Source: Deferrisomatales bacterium
Lineage (GTDB): Bacteria; Desulfobacterota; Deferrisomatia; Deferrisomatales; JACRMM01
Assembly (NCBI GenBank): GCA_033551855.1
Contig: JAWSUI010000038.1
Coordinates: forward strand, 1-35,830
DNA: 35,830 nucleotides
Reading direction: 5' to 3'
The notes under the pieces were generated by a model. It worked only from the letters and a program-made list of their open reading frames with translations. It was not told the origin of the DNA and searched no databases. The first letter of the stretch is position 1. The number at the start of each line of letters is the position of its first letter. Positions 33,390-35,830 of the stretch are shown one piece after another. Made by a program: the position numbers and the translations under genes.

Positions 33390-34168
33390 CAGCCCAGCAA
33401 CGAGAAGACCCCTTCGAGTGCCTCGAAGGTGTGGGAGAGGGCGCGCAACCAAGTGGCGCCCCACGGGCCCACCGCGAGGCCCAGGACCGTGAACCCCACG
33501 AGGATCTGGAGGGGAAATCCAAGGAGCAGCACGTTGAGCTGCGGCACGGAACGTGCCAGCACCCCCAGGACGACCTGGGAGGCGAACACCGCCGCCACGA
33601 CGGGGGCGGCGAGCTTGAGCCCCAGGACGAACACCTCCCCGGTGAGGTGCACCAGGGCTCCGGCAACGGAGCCGCTCACCAGGGGCTGTCCAGGCGGCAC
33701 GCTGGCGAGGTTTCGGGCGAACCCCTCCAGGAGCAGCCCCTCCCCGCCCACCGCGAGGAAGAGCAGCGCGGCGAGGACGAACTGGACGTGGCTCACCACC
33801 GAGACCTCGGGTTCCATCCCGGGGGCCAGCACGCTCGCGACGCCCAGTCCCATTTGCACCCCGGCCACCTGGCCGCCGAATCGAGCCGCGGCGAAGACCA
33901 GTTGGGCGACGTAGCCGGCCAGGGCACCGACAAGCACCTCCTGCACCCCGAGCACGAGCAGGACGGACAGGGACTCCGGGACAGGTATCTCCCCTGGCAA
34001 CCCGAGAGCCCCCAAGCAGGCGCTCACCCCGAGGGCCGCCGCGGCCCGGACGCGTGCCGGCACGAAGGAGGTGGAGAAGACAGGGGCGAAGGCGAACAGC
34101 GCCCCCACGCGCAGGAGCACGAGAAGGAACCCGAAGAGCCGCGCTTCGCTGATGCCCAGGATGTCCAA
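33389..34168 (-). CDS. fliR: Flagellar export protein FliR
   Basis: LLRVGALFAFAPVF, GGQVAGVQMGL, ARSVPQLNVLLLGFPLQI. Confidence 0.92.
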   Translation of the reverse strand: MDILGISEARLFGFLLVLLRVGALFAFAPVFSTSFVPARVRAAAALGVSACLGALGLPGEIPVPESLSVLLVLGVQEVLVGALAGYVAQLVFAAARFGGQVAGVQMGLGVASVLAPGMEPEVSVVSHVQFVLAALLFLAVGGEGLLLEGFARNLASVPPGQPLVSGSVAGALVHLTGEVFVLGLKLAAPVVAAVFASQVVLGVLARSVPQLNVLLLGFPLQILVGFTVLGLAVGPWGATWLRALSHTFEALEGVFSLLG

Positions 34169-34246
34169 CGGGCTCCCTCCTGGCTCTCCCCACCCGGCCC
34201 CCTCCCGGTCCGTTCCTCCCCGGAGCGCACCCCGTGCCCCGGAGTC

Positions 34247-34516
34247 CTACCCCGCCAGGCGGTGGAGGCCTTCGAACAGCTCGGCCGCGTAGCGGAGCAG
34301 GACCCCCAGGGCCCAGGGCAGGGTGAGGAGGAACACCGCCAGCACCGCGAAGAACTTGGGCACGAAGGTCAGGGTCTGCTCCTGGACCTGGGTCACGGCC
34401 TGCATCAAGCCGACGAGGATCCCTACGGCCAGGGAGGCCAGCAGCAGAGGGCTTGCCAGGAGCAGGGTCACCTCCAGCGCCTGACGGCCCACGGCCACAA
34501 CGTCGTCGGGGCTCAC
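34247..34516 (-). CDS. fliQ: Flagellar export protein FliQ
   Basis: QAVTQVQEQTLTFVPK, LPW. Confidence 0.94.
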   Translation of the reverse strand: MSPDDVVAVGRQALEVTLLLASPLLLASLAVGILVGLMQAVTQVQEQTLTFVPKFFAVLAVFLLTLPWALGVLLRYAAELFEGLHRLAG

Positions 34517-35256
34517 CCGAGGAAGCTCCGGACGAGGCTGCCCACCACCAGGTTCCACCCATCGACCAGGACGAAGAAGACGACCTTGAAAGGAAGGCTC
34601 ACCATCATGGGGGGGAGGAGGAACATACCCAGGCTCATCAGGACGCTCGCGACGACCAGGTCGATGACGAGGAAGGGGATGTAGAGGAGGAACCCGATCG
34701 TGAAGGCGGTGCGCAGCTCGCTGATCACGAAGGCAGGAACGAGGGCTGCGAGGGGCACCTCCTCGGGGGCCGCCGGTGGGGGCGCCTTCGACAGCCGCAC
34801 GAAGAGCGCGATGTCCCTCTCCCGGGTGTGCGCGAGGAGGAATCCCTGCACCGGGGGCCGGGCTCGCTCCAGAGCCTCCTCCTGGGACACCTGCCCATCC
34901 AGGTACGGCCGCACGGCTCCTGCGTACACCGCCTCCCAGGTGGGGGTCATGACGAAGAGAGTGAGGAAGAGCGCCAGCCCGACCAGGATCTGGTTGGGCG
35001 GCATCGCGTGGGTCCCCAGCGCGTTGCGCAGAAACGACAAGACCACCACGATCCGCGTGAAGGAGGTGAGCAGGATCAGCAGGGCCGGCGCCAATGCCAG
35101 GACCGTCAGGAGGAGGACGAGCTGGAGGGCGAGGGCCACGTCCTGGGGACCCGCAGCCCGCTCGACCCCGAACCGAACGACCGGGATCAGCCCCTGCTCA
35201 GCGGAGGCTGCACAGGGCACCGCGAGGAGGAGACCCGCCGGGAGGAGCCGCCTCAC
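34513..35256 (-). CDS. fliP: Flagellar export protein FliP
   Basis: TSFTRIVVVL, PPNQILVGLALFLT, PAFVISEL, SLPFKVVFFVLVDGW. Confidence 0.96.
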   Translation of the reverse strand: MRRLLPAGLLLAVPCAASAEQGLIPVVRFGVERAAGPQDVALALQLVLLLTVLALAPALLILLTSFTRIVVVLSFLRNALGTHAMPPNQILVGLALFLTLFVMTPTWEAVYAGAVRPYLDGQVSQEEALERARPPVQGFLLAHTRERDIALFVRLSKAPPPAAPEEVPLAALVPAFVISELRTAFTIGFLLYIPFLVIDLVVASVLMSLGMFLLPPMMVSLPFKVVFFVLVDGWNLVVGSLVRSFLG

Positions 35257-35830
35257 GGGGACCCACCCGCCGGTGGACGCCTGCGCAACGCGGCAAGGCG
35301 CTCCTCCGGCGTCGGCTCCGGCCCCTTCGCTACTTCGCTGCCGGGGGGGCCGGCAGCGGCACCCGACTCGAGATCGAGACGGCTGCGCAGGGCAGCCTCG
35401 AAGGGGGTCTGCCGAAAGCCATACCTCTGGTCGAGCTGGGCCAGTGCCGCCTCGTCCCGGATCTCGGCGACGAGACGCAACCCTTCGGGACCCTGGGAGA
35501 GAAGCCACACCAGGCCGCCGACCTCTGCGAGAACCAGGCCTTGACGAGGCCCCACGGCACGCGTCGCGAGGACCCGAATGGGGCCGGAGCCTCGGCCCCC
35601 GGGAAGAAACCTCCCCCCCGAGACCCTGCGAGCGACCCAGACCAGCCCCGCCAGGAGGGCCAGCACCAGCAGAAGCCCGGACAACATGCTCAGCAACCCG
35701 GCCCCCGCATCGTAGGAGGGAAGCGCCTCTTCCGCCAGATCGGCCAGGTAGGCCCCCCGCTCCCCGGGCGCGTCCGGCACGGCGGCGTGCCCCGGATCAT
35801 CGGCCGGGAGGGAGGCCGCCGGGTTCTCGC
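35253..35830 (-). CDS. fliO: Flagellar protein FliO (5' end probably outside the window)
   Basis: TM segment LLLVLALLAGLVWVARR, then IRVLATRAVGPRQGLVLAEVGG. Frame is open to the window edge; lies upstream of fliP. Confidence 0.8.
   Translation of the reverse strand, partial: ENPAASLPADDPGHAAVPDAPGERGAYLADLAEEALPSYDAGAGLLSMLSGLLLVLALLAGLVWVARRVSGGRFLPGGRGSGPIRVLATRAVGPRQGLVLAEVGGLVWLLSQGPEGLRLVAEIRDEAALAQLDQRYGFRQTPFEAALRSRLDLESGAAAGPPGSEVAKGPEPTPEERLAALRRRPPAGGSP

Overview
Very GC-rich (roughly 70-75% by eye) bacterial chromosomal window. The gene set resembles Desulfobacterota/Deferrisoma-like deltaproteobacteria (inference). It is mostly core genome: punA (partial), frameshifted rodZ, a PilF-like TPR lipoprotein, a response regulator, pfkB, mtnP, rlmN, a Zn-dependent phospholipase C-family gene, deoC, lptFG, a plsY-selA-(hidden selenoprotein)-mobA run, an M23 peptidase/bactofilin pair, clpSA, a minor type IV pilin cluster (pilX-fimT-pilV-pilW), an S8 subtilase, argA-like GNAT, recN, nadK, rarA, a USP, csrA-fliW, a degenerate sigma54-activator-like gene and fliOPQR-flhB. 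Best hidden signal: directly downstream of selA is an 87-aa CMD/AhpD-like gene that the ORF track truncates at an in-frame TGA. It has a C-A-H-U (CxxU) motif and a bacterial SECIS-like hairpin 11 nt after the UGA, so it is a likely selenoprotein. Other points of interest are two families of dispersed, highly structured MITE-like repeats (three ~209-bp copies with covarying stems, two bracketing the S8 gene; two ~125-145-bp copies starting at stop codons), several other rod-like intergenic palindromes, three candidate sigma28 promoters, apparently leaderless genes, FlhB with DPTR in place of NPTH, and a PilX with an internal domain duplication. No CRISPR, tRNA, rRNA or transposase was seen.
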